63,965 nt of DNA, filler included, from Reticulomyxa filosa (GCA_000512085.1; 23 parts of 23 records of this genome joined end to end with filler, not necessarily neighbours in it), one strand, 5' to 3'. Counted from the first letter of the whole stretch, positions 51,232 through 63,965 are shown. The notes: a model not told the origin generated them from the sequence alone. Numbers and translations: made by a program.

Positions 51232-51980
51232 CTAGCACAAATCCACAATATCAATCACATCCCAATATCGCCACTTCATAATGAGGTGTTGATGATGGCA
51301 TTCATCGCCATTTGGCCCATATATGCGCCCACAACGACGCAAATTGCCATTTATCCACCATTTACAAGCATTTATGTTTGTTATAGCTATATAACCAACA
51401 TAAATTGATACTGATGCTAGCATCAAACAAAAAATAGCTGCAAATATTATTTGCAATTGTGCTATCTATCACAATAGCATCATTTCTTTATAAATAAAAA
51501 AAACACATACACAGACAAAAAATTCAATTAATGTCAAAAAAAAATATATATATACAATTTAAAAAAAAATAATATTTCATTCATGTACATAAAAAAAAAA
51601 AAAAATATGCATATGTAAGTATACGTACATACGATCATGACACATAAGTATCATAATCATATATTTATACTACACATTGTACTATATATCCATCTTTTTT
51701 TTTTTTTTTGTTAAAAAAAAAAAAGTTATGTTAAAAAAAAAAAATTATGAAAGATGTTATTGATTGGTGACTGTTGTTGTTAGTGCCATGAATACATAAG
51801 CTTTGGACAAAAGCAAAATGTGTAAAGAATTTTCGGATAATTTAGCACTCATTTAAGATGAGTATACATTGTAAAAGAACACTTTACTCGATGGGTATGA
51901 TTTATGTCCATAACAGAAACTAAGCTGCACAATGAACCAATAACCAAAGTCGGCATATGTCTCCAATCCTTTCTATTGTT
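51232..51980 (-). CDS. Hypothetical small membrane protein, possibly multi-exon or decayed
   Basis: Terminal exon with a TM helix (IIFAAIFCLMLASVSIYVGYIAI) and upstream exon-like pieces between homopolymer-rich gaps. Confidence 0.3.
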
Positions 51981-52699
51981 AAAAACTTTAATGAAACTTG
52001 GCAACGAGCACTAAATAATGCATAAGAAATGTTCAAGAAAATTTCACTCCCAATATTGTTGCTTCGTTAGCACAAGAAGTTGGAAATGAAGAATTGTTCA
52101 AGATTCAGTAAATTGGTTGAACGTTTAATGGGTAATCAATGAAGAGATTCTGAAGTTCTTAAATATATGGTTCGAACATGTCATTCGATGAGAAATGAAA
52201 GCTTGTTGGAATAAAGACGGAAAAGACTGACATCACTTGTTTGGGAAATATGTTTCATTTTTTTTGTTATTAGCACTTCGGTAATTGTTTCCTTTCGTGT
52301 AACGAAAGATGCTTTTGGATTCAATAATTGCTTCATTGAATTCCTTTTTTAAAATGTTCACTTCAATGGGTTATTTTCATAATTTTGCTGCCAATTATCT
52401 ACTTAATTAAAATGTGTCTTTTCGAACAGTAAATACAATTTCGAAGTATCCAATACTTTAATTGCGAAAGTTATATTCACGATACTGTAAAAGGAAATAA
52501 TTTTAATCAGTACATTTTTTCAATCTTCAATAATATTACATAACAATTATTTTTCTCAATTTTACCATTGAAGTTTGCCTAATTAAGTTAAAGTGCGTGA
52601 AATTTAAAAAGAAAAAATTAAATCGAATATATGTTTTCACAACCATCGTAGATTAAAAAAAAAAGAGCTTAGTGCAAAATGGTATCACTGTTTTGAAAC

Positions 52700-53660
52700 A
52701 AAATACTGTCCAACAACAACAAAACAACAATGATCCAATTTGAAAAAAAAAGTACAATTACTGAATAATCAATCACGCTCTTCCATCACTCTTATTCTTG
52801 TGTTAACATCCTCTTTTGCCTATAACAGAGAAACAAAAACAAACAGATTAGTTTCATATTTGGAAATTATTTTTGCCTCCAAGGAAAATGTTGTTTCGTT
52901 GTTTTTCTTACCAGTGACAATCAAATGAAGCCAGTACAATAAAGTAATTATTAAAATTAGAAATATGTGTGACCCACAATATCGACTTCCTCTAGGATTT
53001 TTGCGGCTCCAGATTTCTAATGCTTCATTTACATGTTTTGTTAATAAATCAGGTAATGAATTATTGAATGCAATCAATAAAGATGAGATATATTGAGCAT
53101 ATCGATTTGTTCGTAATCGTTTTGCACTTGCTTCACTATCATCATTTTCATTTTCTTTATTCTCTTTATTCTCTTCAGGTTTGTCTTGGTTGATATTTTT
53201 CAGATCCAACAATATTTCAGCAGTGTCAATAATCGAACCAATTTGATGTTGTTCGTAGTATCGTGCCAATTTTTTTATCATTCGATGTTTCACAGGCAAT
53301 CCAAATACACTAAATTAATTGAATTATATTATCAACAATAGTACCTATTAACAACAAACATATTATACGTATGTACCTCCTTACATTCTTCAAAAAAAAA
53401 AAAAAAAAAAAAAGACGAAACATTGGAACTATAATGCATCCATTCACGTTCTTTTCTAATGCATCTCTTACTACTTTGTTATCCTGAAATTGCTTCAATA
53501 ATCCATCCACAACTGTTAAATCTACATTTTCTGTTGTTAAATCCAAGTCTTCAAAATTTATCGAGCCGAACTCAAAGTTTACTTTCTGGTCTGTGTCTGT
53601 TCCACTTAGTTTTGCTGTTTGTTCTGCATTATCCAAATTGTTTTCCTTTGCATTTGACAT
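52700..53660 (-). pseudogene. Vps52-like (GARP subunit), internally deleted copy
   Basis: The N-terminal FEDLDLTTENVDLTVVDGLLKQFQDNKVVRDALEKNVN resembles the Vps52 start. RTNRYAQYISSLLIAFN resembles the C-terminal ITRRYAEF motif only ~400 bp later. Stops follow downstream. Confidence 0.55.
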
Positions 53661-53976
53661 GGCGTTGATCTATTTGGTTCAATTCTTTACTTTTTCAAGT
53701 TTCCTTTTTCTTAACTCGTGTTACCTTTTTTTAATTTATTTATTTACAATTTTGTATTATTAATCAAAAATAAAGAGATTTCCACTTAAATTATAAAATT
53801 CATTTTTTGACTGTGTTATAAGATAAAAGATAGTACCTTAAAAAAAAAAAAATTGTTGCTTTGCCCTTTTGTTAATNNNNNNNNNNNNNNNNNNNNNNNN
53901 NNNNNNNNNNNNNNNNNNNNTTAATTAATTAANNNNNNNNNNNNNNNNNNNNNNNNNNNNNNNNNNNNNNNNNNNN

Positions 53977-54454
53977 CAATAACAATAACAATAACAATAA
54001 CAATAACAATAACAACAATATTAGTCGTTACTTTGGTGGTAATGCACGCGTGAGAGAATATTATCGATCATCCAATAACGGAGGAGGAGGGGGAGGAGGA
54101 GGAAGTGGTGGTAGTGGAGGAGGGGGGTATCATCATTCCCACTACTTGCGTCCAGAGTACAATTATGGACATGGCTATGGTGAATATGACGACACGGATG
54201 ACTATTACTCCAATCACTCGATGTATTCCAATGAACTCGCATCCGCTTCTTCCGCCGGGCCCATTGTGGATGACTTTGCTAACAATGGAAGAGGGAGGGG
54301 AATTAATGGAAATGGTAGTTATCGCAGTAGCAACAATCGCACTGCTTCAGGTTCTTATCATGGCTCTTACGGTTCACCACTATTTAATCGAGCCATGAAC
54401 CGAGCCAAAAGTAGATTTTCCACTGACTATTACCCTAAAACGTAATACACATAT

Positions 54455-54492
<38 letters not shown>

Positions 54493-54992
54493 ATATTTAT
54501 TGTCAATTATTGCTTACTTTGCTTTTGTTCGTTGTTTCCAGTAAATATAAGAGAGCGTCGGTGCACACTGAGAATGAAAAGGATCAACCCACACAAACGT
54601 ATCATCGCGATGTAAAGAAGACAGGGTCGAATCGGCCAGCGCGTCAAAAGCTCAGTGACTTGGTTTCCTCACGTCGTGGAAGCAACACCAACGAGCTCTC
54701 CAACCATTCAGACAATGTGATCGCAGTTCAACATACCGATCGTATTGTTGAGGGCAATGCGCCCAACGTAGGAGTGGTGGCAAGTAGTGAACCCTATCCA
54801 ATCGCGTCCAGACACCGCTCCGCGAATACGAATAATCCTAATAATGGTAATGACACTGTGTACTTTGCCAACGAAGAGAAACTGCCAAACAATGCCAATA
54901 AAAATCGTCGACAACAATCTGGAATGACGAACTTAAAGCCACGCCCATGGAGCCACAAAAGAGGCACCGCTCCACTCAAACGAAAGATATAA
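53977..54992 (+). CDS. Gly/Ser/Tyr/Asn-rich low-complexity protein, C-terminal exons
   Basis: Two ORFs joined by a GT(54442)..AG(54541) intron containing a TA repeat. Confidence 0.6.
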
Positions 54993-55677
54993 ATGAAAAT
55001 TTTTTGTTCTGTTGTGTCTGTTTTGATTTGCGTTTGTTTTTTTTTTTTGCTTTGTTTTCTTCGATTCTGTTTTATTTTTGTTTCTGTTTTATGTTTCAAA
55101 CTTTGTCATTGTGTTAAAAAAAAAAAAAAAACCTTAACTCTTTTTTTTGGAATAAGAAAAGTTGGTTTGATTTGTTTTTTATGTTCATTTATTTTTCGTT
55201 TTTATCTGTCTTTCAAGTATGTAAAAGCAAGTTATTAAAGCTCAAAAAGAAATAGCAATCAAGTGCAAGGAATTGTGCTCTCTTTCTTTTTTTTTTCTTT
55301 TTTGTTTTGTTGTTTCTTGAGCAGTTGCTCTTTATTTTCATGGTGATTGTGCGCACATGCTTCATAAGGGGAAGGGGTTTATTTTGCCATGCTTAGGCTT
55401 ATCTCGTTAAAGCATTCATTGTTCGAAAAGATTTATTTTGAGACAATGGAGTGTGTTTCTTTGTTTGTAACAAACTGAAAAGATGACATTAAACAAAAAA
55501 ATTATTTTGCACTTTCTCCACACGTTTTAGGACATTCTAATACTTGCCGATTACTTTCATGCTCCGGAGACTTTGTGAATGTTGAACAACTATTTTTGTC
55601 ATTGCTACATTAAGGAAAACAAGAAAAAGGCAAAGGAAAAAAGATCACACAAAAATAGGAAAAAAATTATAATTCAT

Positions 55678-56223
55678 ATGCAACCACCAGTTTCTCTTCC
55701 CATGTGGTAACAGCTCTGACAGCCAAACATTTATGGCGCAGTACAGCCATAAATGGTTGTTATGGCTTTGGGCTTGGTTCATGTCTTCTGCTGTACAAAC
55801 TGATAAAAATAGCACTTGCGACCAATAAAGAGAAGCGGTCAAAGTATATCCAGAAATTGAAAAAAGAATGGATAGGCAACTTGACCAATTATGCTGCATT
55901 TTTAGCTCTGCTGACATTTACTACGAAATTGGGACACAACATAGCAGCCAAAAAAATAGGACCACAAATGAGTGCTGGCACTTTGACGGGTTTGTCATTA
56001 TTAACGTGCTATTTTTGTCAAAAGCATTTTCCCTTATTATCATGGGACTGGTGTTTGTACCTATTGATCCGAAGCCTTTACAGTTTATACAAACACGCCG
56101 TGCCAGCGGAGTTGGTATTTGATTCCAAGTATGTGTACTGTGCAATTTTGCCATTTTTGTCGTACATGTGCACTTTCAATTTGCAATATGTGCCTTTGTC
56201 ATATTGGAATTTTTATGCTTCAG
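55678..56223 (+). CDS. TMEM135/PXMP4-like membrane protein, first exon
   Basis: GCYGFGLGSCLLL...NYAAFLALLTFTTKL...SAGTLTGLSLL...WCLYLLIRSL fits the TMEM135 pattern (F+.GY..; R...FLG.F...YK; AG.+AG.S+; +ALY...R.L). Confidence 0.6.
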
Positions 56224-56479
56224 GTACATAAAAAAAAAAAATTCTTTTCACAATCACACACAAAAAAAAAAAAAAAAAAAGGACAAATGCTNNNNNNNNN
56301 NNNNNNNNNNNNNNNNNNNNNNNNNNNNNNNNNNNTTAATTAATTAANNNNNNNNNNNNNNNNNNNNNNNNNNNNNNNNNNNNNNNNNNNNTTTTTTTTT
56401 TTGTTTTCTTTTTATAATAGAAGCCAGAAAGATTTAAAAAGCTGGCCAATAAGTTAATTACTTTTTTTCTTTTTTGTTC

Positions 56480-57590
56480 AAGTTTAAATGATGAAAACTT
56501 GAACGGATCACACTGAAGTGACCTTCGACCCAACGGCATCGAAGCAGTCGATAATGAATGAAAATAGTTTTCTGAACTATTTAAATTGTTTTTTAGTTTG
56601 TTTTTTTTATTAATATAAAATCAAATTAATTGTTTGTGTTTGTTTGTTTATTAAAATAGAAATAATTTATACCGGTCGGCTTTTCGCATTTAAAAGAAAA
56701 TTAGCTGGTGTTTCAAATCGAAAATGTCGTCGATATCTCCAACACGATTATTGGTGATCACAAAGAAAATTTAAAAAAGGGATATCATTGACTTTAGATT
56801 TCTTTTTGTAGCTTGAAAATATAATATCCTTTTTTTGTTGTTGTCGTTGGTTCATTGTAGTGTAATGTCTTCATTTATTGTTGTAATTTTTATTTTACTC
56901 CAATTGGCCCCATGTTTTTTTTGATGGAATTAGGTTCTGTCTTTTATCAATGTCCGCAACAATGTTGTACTTCTTGGCTTTCGCTTTTCCCTTATCATAT
57001 ATATATATGTTGCACAGTTGTGAGGAGGAGGAGAGGGGGGACGACTAGTTACATCCAAACTTTTTTCATTTTCATTGTCCAATGTCTTCCTTCGCATTCT
57101 CACCACAGTCGGCTCTTCCAAAAAAGAGGTGGTCACTTCGGTGGGCATTTTAAACTCGGGTGGGTTCCAATCCGCTCGACCAATCGCCCGCGGCCCCAGT
57201 TTTTTGATTGGCTCTTCGGACACTGGCGATTTGCTTCGAGGGCTCGGAGTGTGTTGCATGTAGGTCACAGCTTCCTAAATAAAAGTCGTTCACAAACAAA
57301 CAAACAAAATCACACATCGCTTTATGTTTACTCGCTACGTTTTACTCATATATATATGTACATATATGTGAGAGATAGTATATATACAATATATACATAT
57401 AAATTGTAACGTTTAGTGGGACGACTTTTGATGCCACTTTCTTCACATCCTGCGTCTTATTCGCTTTACGCTCTTTGCGCAGCTTTTCGATTTTCTCTTG
57501 CAACTGTATTGGAACAAGGAAGTCACTGGGAGTCGTTTTGCGCCAGATTAATGACTCTTTGACAAATGTCGCACGTTCTTGAGCAGTCTT
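56480..57590 (-). CDS. Hypothetical multi-exon protein, internal fragment
   Basis: Exon-like pieces (e.g. PSPRSKSPVSEEPIKKLGPRAIGRADWNPPEF) separated by TA-repeat intron-like gaps. Confidence 0.45.
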
Positions 57591-58023
57591 TATATATAAA
57601 TAAATAAATATATATATGTATATATATGTATANNNNNNNNNNNNNNNNNNNNNNNNNNNNNNNNNNNNNNNNNNNNTTAATTAATTAANNNNNNNNNNNN
57701 NNNNNNNNNNNNNNNNNNNNNNNNNNNNNNNNTTTATATTATTGCATTTATCTTAAACTGCTTTCTCTAATTTATTATTAACGAAGTACACTCTTGTTTC
57801 CTTATTTTTTTCAATAAATCAATCACATCATATTAATTGATGACACCTTTTCAATTAAGGACAACATTAACTTTAACTAATCAAACAAAAGTACATCAAT
57901 AGCCAAATTGATTGCAATCAAATATCCAACATTCATTCTGAAAAAAAATTTATAAAAGTTTTCACTAAATGAAATAAATTAATAAAAATTCATCAATTTT
58001 CCAAATTCAAATTCAATATATTT

Positions 58024-58968
58024 TCACTTCATCAAACAATCTTCACCTGGAGGCACTGTTTCAAAAAACAGTTGAACATCTTCTTCATTCAAATACCACA
58101 CTGCTGGATTTTCTTTGTCTTGCTCCAATCTTATTTTAATCTTCCATTTGTTTAATTCATCTTCAATACTCTTTTTTTTTGGAGATTCATAATCTTCCTT
58201 CCATCCACCTAATCTTGCTCTGTTTGAGAATTGAGATTTTCCACACACTATTTTTATTGGACCATTTTTAAATTTTCTCTTCAATTCTTGTCTTTGAAAT
58301 GTCATCAAATAACGCAACATAAAACATGTTGTAGGGGTTGAAAAGTAACTAAAGTTTAATAATATTTGATTTTTATTGGAAGCACTTTGATCCCAATAAC
58401 TTAATAAATGAATATAATTTGGTTCTTGAAATAATATCCTTTCAACATCTTTCACTGCTTTCATCCATGATTTCTTATTCAATAACACATACACTTTTAT
58501 CAAATTATCAATATCTTTCAATGAAATAGAAGTAGGTTTAAATTTGATATCAGGATATAACTCATTTTCAAAAATATCTAAATATTTCTGATGATGAAAT
58601 GTTAATTGTTCAATTTCATTTTTATCTAATATTTCCATTATTTTCAAATGTCCCACACTTTTCAATGCTACTATGGGCTTGTGTTTCAAGTTAATATTAT
58701 TGTTTAAAGTTAATTTTGGAATTTGATTATCACAAAAATCAAACGTCTCTTTCACTTTATTCGCTTTCAAAAATCCTGACATAATTGTTGTACATGTTAT
58801 TTCATCGATTGAAATAAACTTTTCTGGTCGTTGTGAATAATTCAATATTTTCATCATCTTGATTGTTTCTCCACATTTAGCATATACATTCAACATTGAA
58901 TTGATCGAAATTATATCAACCTCAATATTGAAATCATGTATCATTTTATTCCAAATCAATTCAGCACT
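58024..58968 (-). CDS. PPR protein with C-terminal degenerate Smr-like domain, 5' partial
   Basis: PPR motifs VDIISINSMLNVYAKCGE and IDEITCTTIMSGFLKANKV. The C-terminal ILLNFSYFST...IKIVCGKSQFS...RLEQDKENPAVWYL parallels Smr (LDLHG..., IITGxGxHS, ...NxG). Confidence 0.8.
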   Translation of the reverse strand, partial: SAELIWNKMIHDFNIEVDIISINSMLNVYAKCGETIKMMKILNYSQRPEKFISIDEITCTTIMSGFLKANKVKETFDFCDNQIPKLTLNNNINLKHKPIVALKSVGHLKIMEILDKNEIEQLTFHHQKYLDIFENELYPDIKFKPTSISLKDIDNLIKVYVLLNKKSWMKAVKDVERILFQEPNYIHLLSYWDQSASNKNQILLNFSYFSTPTTCFMLRYLMTFQRQELKRKFKNGPIKIVCGKSQFSNRARLGGWKEDYESPKKKSIEDELNKWKIKIRLEQDKENPAVWYLNEEDVQLFFETVPPGEDCLMK

Positions 58969-59153
58969 NNNNNNNNNNNNNNNNNNNNNNNNNNNNNNNN
59001 NNNNNNNNNNNNTTAATTAATTAANNNNNNNNNNNNNNNNNNNNNNNNNNNNNNNNNNNNNNNNNNNNTTTTTTTTTTTTAAACTGAACTCGGTGCATGC
59101 ATGAGCGATCTGCTCCCATTTTTCTTGGAGAGAGATGTGCTCTTCTTTCACCT

Positions 59154-59543
59154 TCATCCATAGCTGCTGTATACATGTGACATGGATTTGCATTTCTTCT
59201 GCAAATTTAATGATCTCATCGCAAATCGAATCTGTTCTTTGATTTTGATTTGTTTACTTACGGTGAGTAATACACTCTTTGTTAAATTGATGGAATTTTT
59301 AATGCTTGACTTGCTTTTTTCCAGCACATTGAACAACTTTTTTTCACACTCGTTTGTCCTTTCTATTGTCTCTAACAAGATCTCTTTAAGTTGTATTAAG
59401 TGTCTACCCTTGTAGAACCAGTTGAGACTCTCCCATTCCTCTAACAGTCTGTTATTTGCTATGTCTACTTTTTCTTCTTCCTCCGAACTTTCGTCCTCCG
59501 GTATTGTTAGAGGCATTGCGGATAGTGTTCCTAGTTGACTCAT
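59154..59543 (-). CDS. Hypothetical protein
   Basis: ORF of ~130 aa from MSQLGTLSAMP with an acidic patch and a helical region; no domain recognised. Confidence 0.35.
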   Translation of the reverse strand: MSQLGTLSAMPLTIPEDESSEEEEKVDIANNRLLEEWESLNWFYKGRHLIQLKEILLETIERTNECEKKLFNVLEKSKSSIKNSINLTKSVLLTVSKQIKIKEQIRFAMRSLNLQKKCKSMSHVYSSYG

Positions 59544-61528
59544 TGACCCCTGGTTAACTTGTAAAGAAAATGACACAATTATAAAAATAGTAAGAAAAAG
59601 CAATATTGCATTTGTCGCTCAACGAATGAAGGATGTTTTCATTCCGTTTCTCCTTGCTCTTTTGAAGTTTGAGTTTTTTAACGAAATATTTCTAATTTTG
59701 AAAGGAGCGGATCAAAGTAGCTTGTGAAAAGTAGAAAAATGATATTTTTGGTAAGTATTTGCTTTTGTCTATATAAGGTACTTTATAGTCACTTCATTTT
59801 GGCTACGCTTTACACGTGTCAATTTTTTTGTCCTTGCATATTATTATTCCCTCGTAGCGTTTGAAATCCAAACCCATGTAATTCATTAGCAATCCATTTC
59901 TCTAAGACCAGTCCTCGTCTCAAACAAAATCAATTTTAAGAACAATGGAAATGCAATGAACCATTGTCTGTGATTGGAATGATCTAGTCGTTTGCATTCG
60001 GGCATTTGTCTCTCAAATTCACTATACAAATATTTCAGAATGTTGTTATGAATTAAATTCAATCCACCATTCGGAATATTGTCCAATATCTTTCAAAACC
60101 TTCCTTTCATTGCTTTAATTGATTGATTTGTTCAGTCACTACTGTTCACTACTTTGAGAGTGGATCACATCCGAATTTTGTACAAAATTGTTTAAACCAG
60201 TTATTTCCATTTCCTCATTGACATCAAAGCGTTCCAATGATTCAAATGTTTTAAAGATCGCCAAAGTTTCATATTTGATTACACATTCTGTGTATTTCTA
60301 CACTATCTACTGCCAATTCCATAATCTGTTCACTTAGACTCGAAGCCCAATCTTTCATTGTCAGTCTCGCCATAATCACTTTCACGTGTTCCAAGAAGAT
60401 AACACCACTGTCACCATGAATTATCGACAAACTTTCAATTTGTTTTTGCATTTCAATTCGTATACTGCGACGTGGATCAAAACTTGTCAAACTCTTAAAA
60501 AGACTTCAAAGAAAACTTCTTCACAAAAGGTCTTTTGTTTGAGCTTTTTTTTTGCTGGAAAAACTTCAACAGAAAAGTCTTCAACAACTATAAATAATAT
60601 TTTCATACACACACCAAAAAAAGTTTGTTATTATGTGGTAACCTTCTCCCAAAGTTAAAAATATATAGTAGTTCAGAGTTTCCGTACTATGCAGTTTCGT
60701 CTTTGGGGTGACAGTGTGACTCTAGCCTCAGCTGTCATTGCCCACCATTTGGGGACGAGTGCGCGTAGCGCCCGCACCGGAGACCATTTTTTTTTTGATG
60801 CTGGAACATGAATATTTACATATATTGCTGAATTGCAGATTATCATGCTGTTTTTATTCGTTAAAAATTTTTTTAATTGATTTTACAATCGGTTTGTATG
60901 ATATGTTATATTTGGTGAAAAGGAAAATAGCAAATGTGCGTTGATTTCTTCATCATTTGGCAAAAAAAACATATATTTGCAAGAACAATCTTTCAATATA
61001 AAGTAATTCTCTTTTGCAAAACAAGCAAACTGAACTAAATACTCCATCTAATGGTGGAGTCATTTACAACAATAATCAACAAAGTCAAAATTTTTAATTA
61101 AAAAAAGCTCTCAAACTTGCACATAATGAGTACGACGATAATAATTTTTTTGTTTTGCCAATTGTTTCGATCCACGCGACTTTGAGTGGCTCAAAACACC
61201 AGCAATCTTACTTCATTTACTTGCCCTTCTGGATATCAATTAATCAAATCCTAAAGCAGGGTTCTGTTACCAAAGTAGATACGAGACAGGAGGCAGTTTT
61301 ATGATAAATAAAAATCCCACTTCCGTTAAGACCAATGCGAAGCCCAAGTTTAAGTGGCCGCCAGTGTCGATGACAGGATCTATGCTAAATGACGATAATG
61401 CCAGCATCTCAATGCAAGACATCAAAAANNNNNNNNNNNNNNNNNNNNNNNNNNNNNNNNNNNNNNNNNNNNTTAATTAATTAANNNNNNNNNNNNNNNN
61501 NNNNNNNNNNNNNNNNNNNNNNNNNNNN

Positions 61529-61744
61529 AAGATGATAAACATGCAACATTATCAACTCACATGAAAACTAAAATACGTGTATGGGATTCTTCACAGTTGG
61601 TAATAATTTGTAATTTATTATTAATCAATCAAATAAATTTTATTGTATGAAATTGAATAACAAATAATAAATTATGAACAGTCAAAAGATAATATAAAAT
61701 TTATTATTCAATATTGGATTCGATCTTTAAAGATAAAATTTTAA
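61529..61744 (+). pseudogene. C-terminal end of a Kelch-family gene, truncated
   Basis: DDKHATLSTHMKTKIRVWDSSQL | GT..AG intron (~61600-61681) | SKDNIKFIIQYWIRSLKIKF*. The family assignment is from recalled STHMKTK-type C-termini. Confidence 0.6.
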
Positions 61745-62055
61745 ATATATAGTAGAATGAAATAAAGTTAAATGTATAATTTTTTAATAAAGAAGCACAA
61801 TTAAATATATAATTACCTTTCAATAATCATATATAAATCATTTGATTTAGTCTCCAAAGAGATGCAATAAAATGATCATATAATTATTTTTTTTTAAATA
61901 TGCTCTTGTAATAATCCAAAGAGTTGAATTATTTTATTTGTGGAAAATGATTCAATATTGCAAATCACTGAGTGATGAAAAATTTATTTCATTTAATTCG
62001 TTCAAAAGAAAGAAAAATTAAATCATTCAAAAATTTTTATTAGTAAAAAATGATA

Positions 62056-62575
62056 TTATTCCCAAATGTGAATAGTACCTTTATATAAACCATAACACAA
62101 ACTAACAAGATCATCATTGCTGTTGATATTTTTTAGTTGTAAAAATGTAAGACAATATATTCCACCATGTTTATTATCTCCATTGATAATATACAATTCA
62201 TTCTTGTTTGATCGAATATCCCAAAAACGAATTGTTCTATCCATTGATCCAGAACATATCACATTTGAATTACCACCAACAATTTCATCATTCTTTAGTA
62301 CAAATGGTGAATATGCAACAGTCCAAACCCAATCTGTATGTCCATTGAAAACTTGAATTTGTTGATTAGATCGAATATCCCACAAACGAACACTTTTATC
62401 ACATAATCCAGATAATATTGTATTTACTAGTTCATTTGATCCATATTTTACACTTATCACTGCATCATTTTGTTTCAATATGATCGATTCTTTAGTTGTT
62501 TCAATATCCCAAATTCGAATGGTATTATCATTTAATCCAGAACAAATTGTATATCCATTTCCACCAATCACACCA
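62056..62575 (-). CDS. WD40-repeat protein, C-terminal part
   Basis: TIRIWDIET, SVRLWDIRS, GHTDWVWTVAYSP, CSGSMDRTIRFWDIRS, and terminal TIHIWE*. Confidence 0.93.
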
Positions 62576-63027
62576 NNNNNNNNNNNNNNNNNNNNNNNNN
62601 NNNNNNNNNNNNNNNNNNNTTAATTAATTAANNNNNNNNNNNNNNNNNNNNNNNNNNNNNNNNNNNNNNNNNNNNGTCTTTTGAATCATCATCTCTTGGT
62701 GAAGTTGGTCAGAAATGCCTCAACAAAATAATTACGATGTCATTTTTTTGTCTAATATTCACAGTGGCCTTCATGCACATCCCATCAAACAAATTGTTAA
62801 ATCCAAAAAACTACACAAAATTACTTTGATTTGGGCAAAGTAATTGTGACACACTTTTTCTTTAGTCAGATTTATTGTTGCTTCAATTTTTTTTAAACTT
62901 CAAATTTTTTTTGATCTTTTTTTTTCTTAAATAAAACTTATTATTTTCAAAAAAAAAAAAGTTCAACAATTACTATGAAACCATCAATTTTCTTGTTTCC
63001 CACAAATTAAACTTGATTGGGTATTCG

Positions 63028-63694
63028 ATGGCAAAAATCAAAGCAACAAAAGATGTGAGCCCACGATATGCTCAGATTAAACACACTCATTATATAAATA
63101 CAATCCAAAAAAACAAAAATATAAAAAAAGCGAAGCAGAAGACACTGCAAGAAACGATAATTAATATCTTGATCCTATCGTCAAGAAAGCTGTTGATTTT
63201 TTCTTCACCAAAACTCTATCTGCTCACTACTTGATGATAATGAAATCGAGAGAAACTATAAGTGAGTGCATACATAAGCACACACAATATATTATGCAAA
63301 AAAAAAAAGAAAAAGAATACCTGTTAACAATGAAACTGAAAACTTCACTTCCAGCCTTATCCAAATGAATCCATAATTCTCGGATGTCTTTGATAGTACA
63401 CTGTTCATGAGCGAAGATATAAATATCTTTCAGTGAACGGTATATTTTCCCAGAGATGTTGATTTGCAGCGTAGCTACAAATGTAGTGTGTTTATATGGA
63501 ATTAGCATGTATCTCATTTTCAATTGTGATGCAATTGAAACAGACAAACAAACCAACCAGATGTTTGAAGACATTGACAGTGGTGGAATTCATCTTCGGG
63601 AGGTATGAGCAATACTGCGCGAGAGTTGTTTTGGCAAGGCATGGTGATCGTCTTGATCTTTATTGTCATTGGATTCTTTGCCCTCATTTGGTAA
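63028..63694 (+). pseudogene. Possible decayed tail-anchored SNARE-like (Bet1/Qc-type) gene
   Basis: The terminal segment SSSGGMSNTARELFWQGMVIVLIFIVIGFFALIW* is a C-terminal TM anchor. Upstream helical pieces (MQLKQTNKPTRCLKTLT; AEDTARNDN*YLD) are in other frames. Confidence 0.3.
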
Positions 63695-63965
63695 GGGACA
63701 ATCGTTTTGGGGCAAAGGAGGGTCACTTTGGTCCTCCAAGTTTGACTATCTTTTCTGTTGGACCCTCCACAATTGAAAGCGGAGTGATGGCATCTGGCTC
63801 GGTTCTTGTGGTATTGCTATGTCCCGACACTCGATCCATACCAGGATGAATTAAAAAGTGGACCGACAGTTTTGCAGACATAGTTCCCTTTTTTGTCATC
63901 TTCAACGTGCTAATGTCTTGTATCGATGGATCTGGCTCCATTTTGCTATTATTATTATCATTATT

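Noticed and set aside
2652-62675. Regularly recurring TTAATTAATTAA as a biological repeat, CRISPR array or IES boundary
   Set aside because: Always centred in exactly 44 N on each side; it is a synthetic six-frame-stop linker.
63496-63849. VVLARHGDRLD as a histidine phosphatase motif
   Set aside because: No downstream phosphatase motifs; the overlapping frame gives a more convincing C-terminal TM anchor.

Overview
This is not one contiguous locus. It is 23 short contig pieces joined by an artificial 100-bp spacer (N44-TTAATTAATTAA-N44), so adjacency across spacers means nothing. Twenty-two pieces are AT-rich, intron-containing eukaryotic DNA. The gene-family signature (lineage-expanded WD40, Kelch, PPR, NACHT, caspase-like and ART proteins; Asn/His-rich low complexity; many decayed copies) suggests a foraminiferan such as Reticulomyxa filosa, which is an inference. 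One piece (18955-20007) is a GC-rich proteobacterial contaminant carrying an EAL tail, an Rdx/SelW-like gene and dinB. Recognisable eukaryotic genes: F-BAR, TraB-family, RNF213-like AAA+, Cys-rich/PT-stalk surface protein, WWE-PARP, NACHT NTPase, DNAJA, F-box/LRR, caspase-like protease, RagA, SAM protein, ART-like domain, Kelch, carbohydrate sulfotransferase, HMGB-like, FN3/SPRY protein, LTV1, TMEM135-like, PPR-Smr and WD40. Pseudogenes include PPR, Kelch, RPL35, Vps52-like and a possible SNARE. Best leads: (1) an innate-immunity/cell-death-like toolkit in a protist, including a ZAP/PARP13-like Y-Y-V pseudo-PARP and a hybrid caspase; (2) a short IIQxWxRxxKIKLGW module shared by WD40 and Kelch families, possibly a SOCS-box-like adaptor; (3) introns with an A-tract, often preceded by a complementary T-tract, in place of a polypyrimidine tract before the AG. 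Many frameshifts sit in homopolymers and may be sequencing errors. All family calls are by motif recognition; no searches were run.
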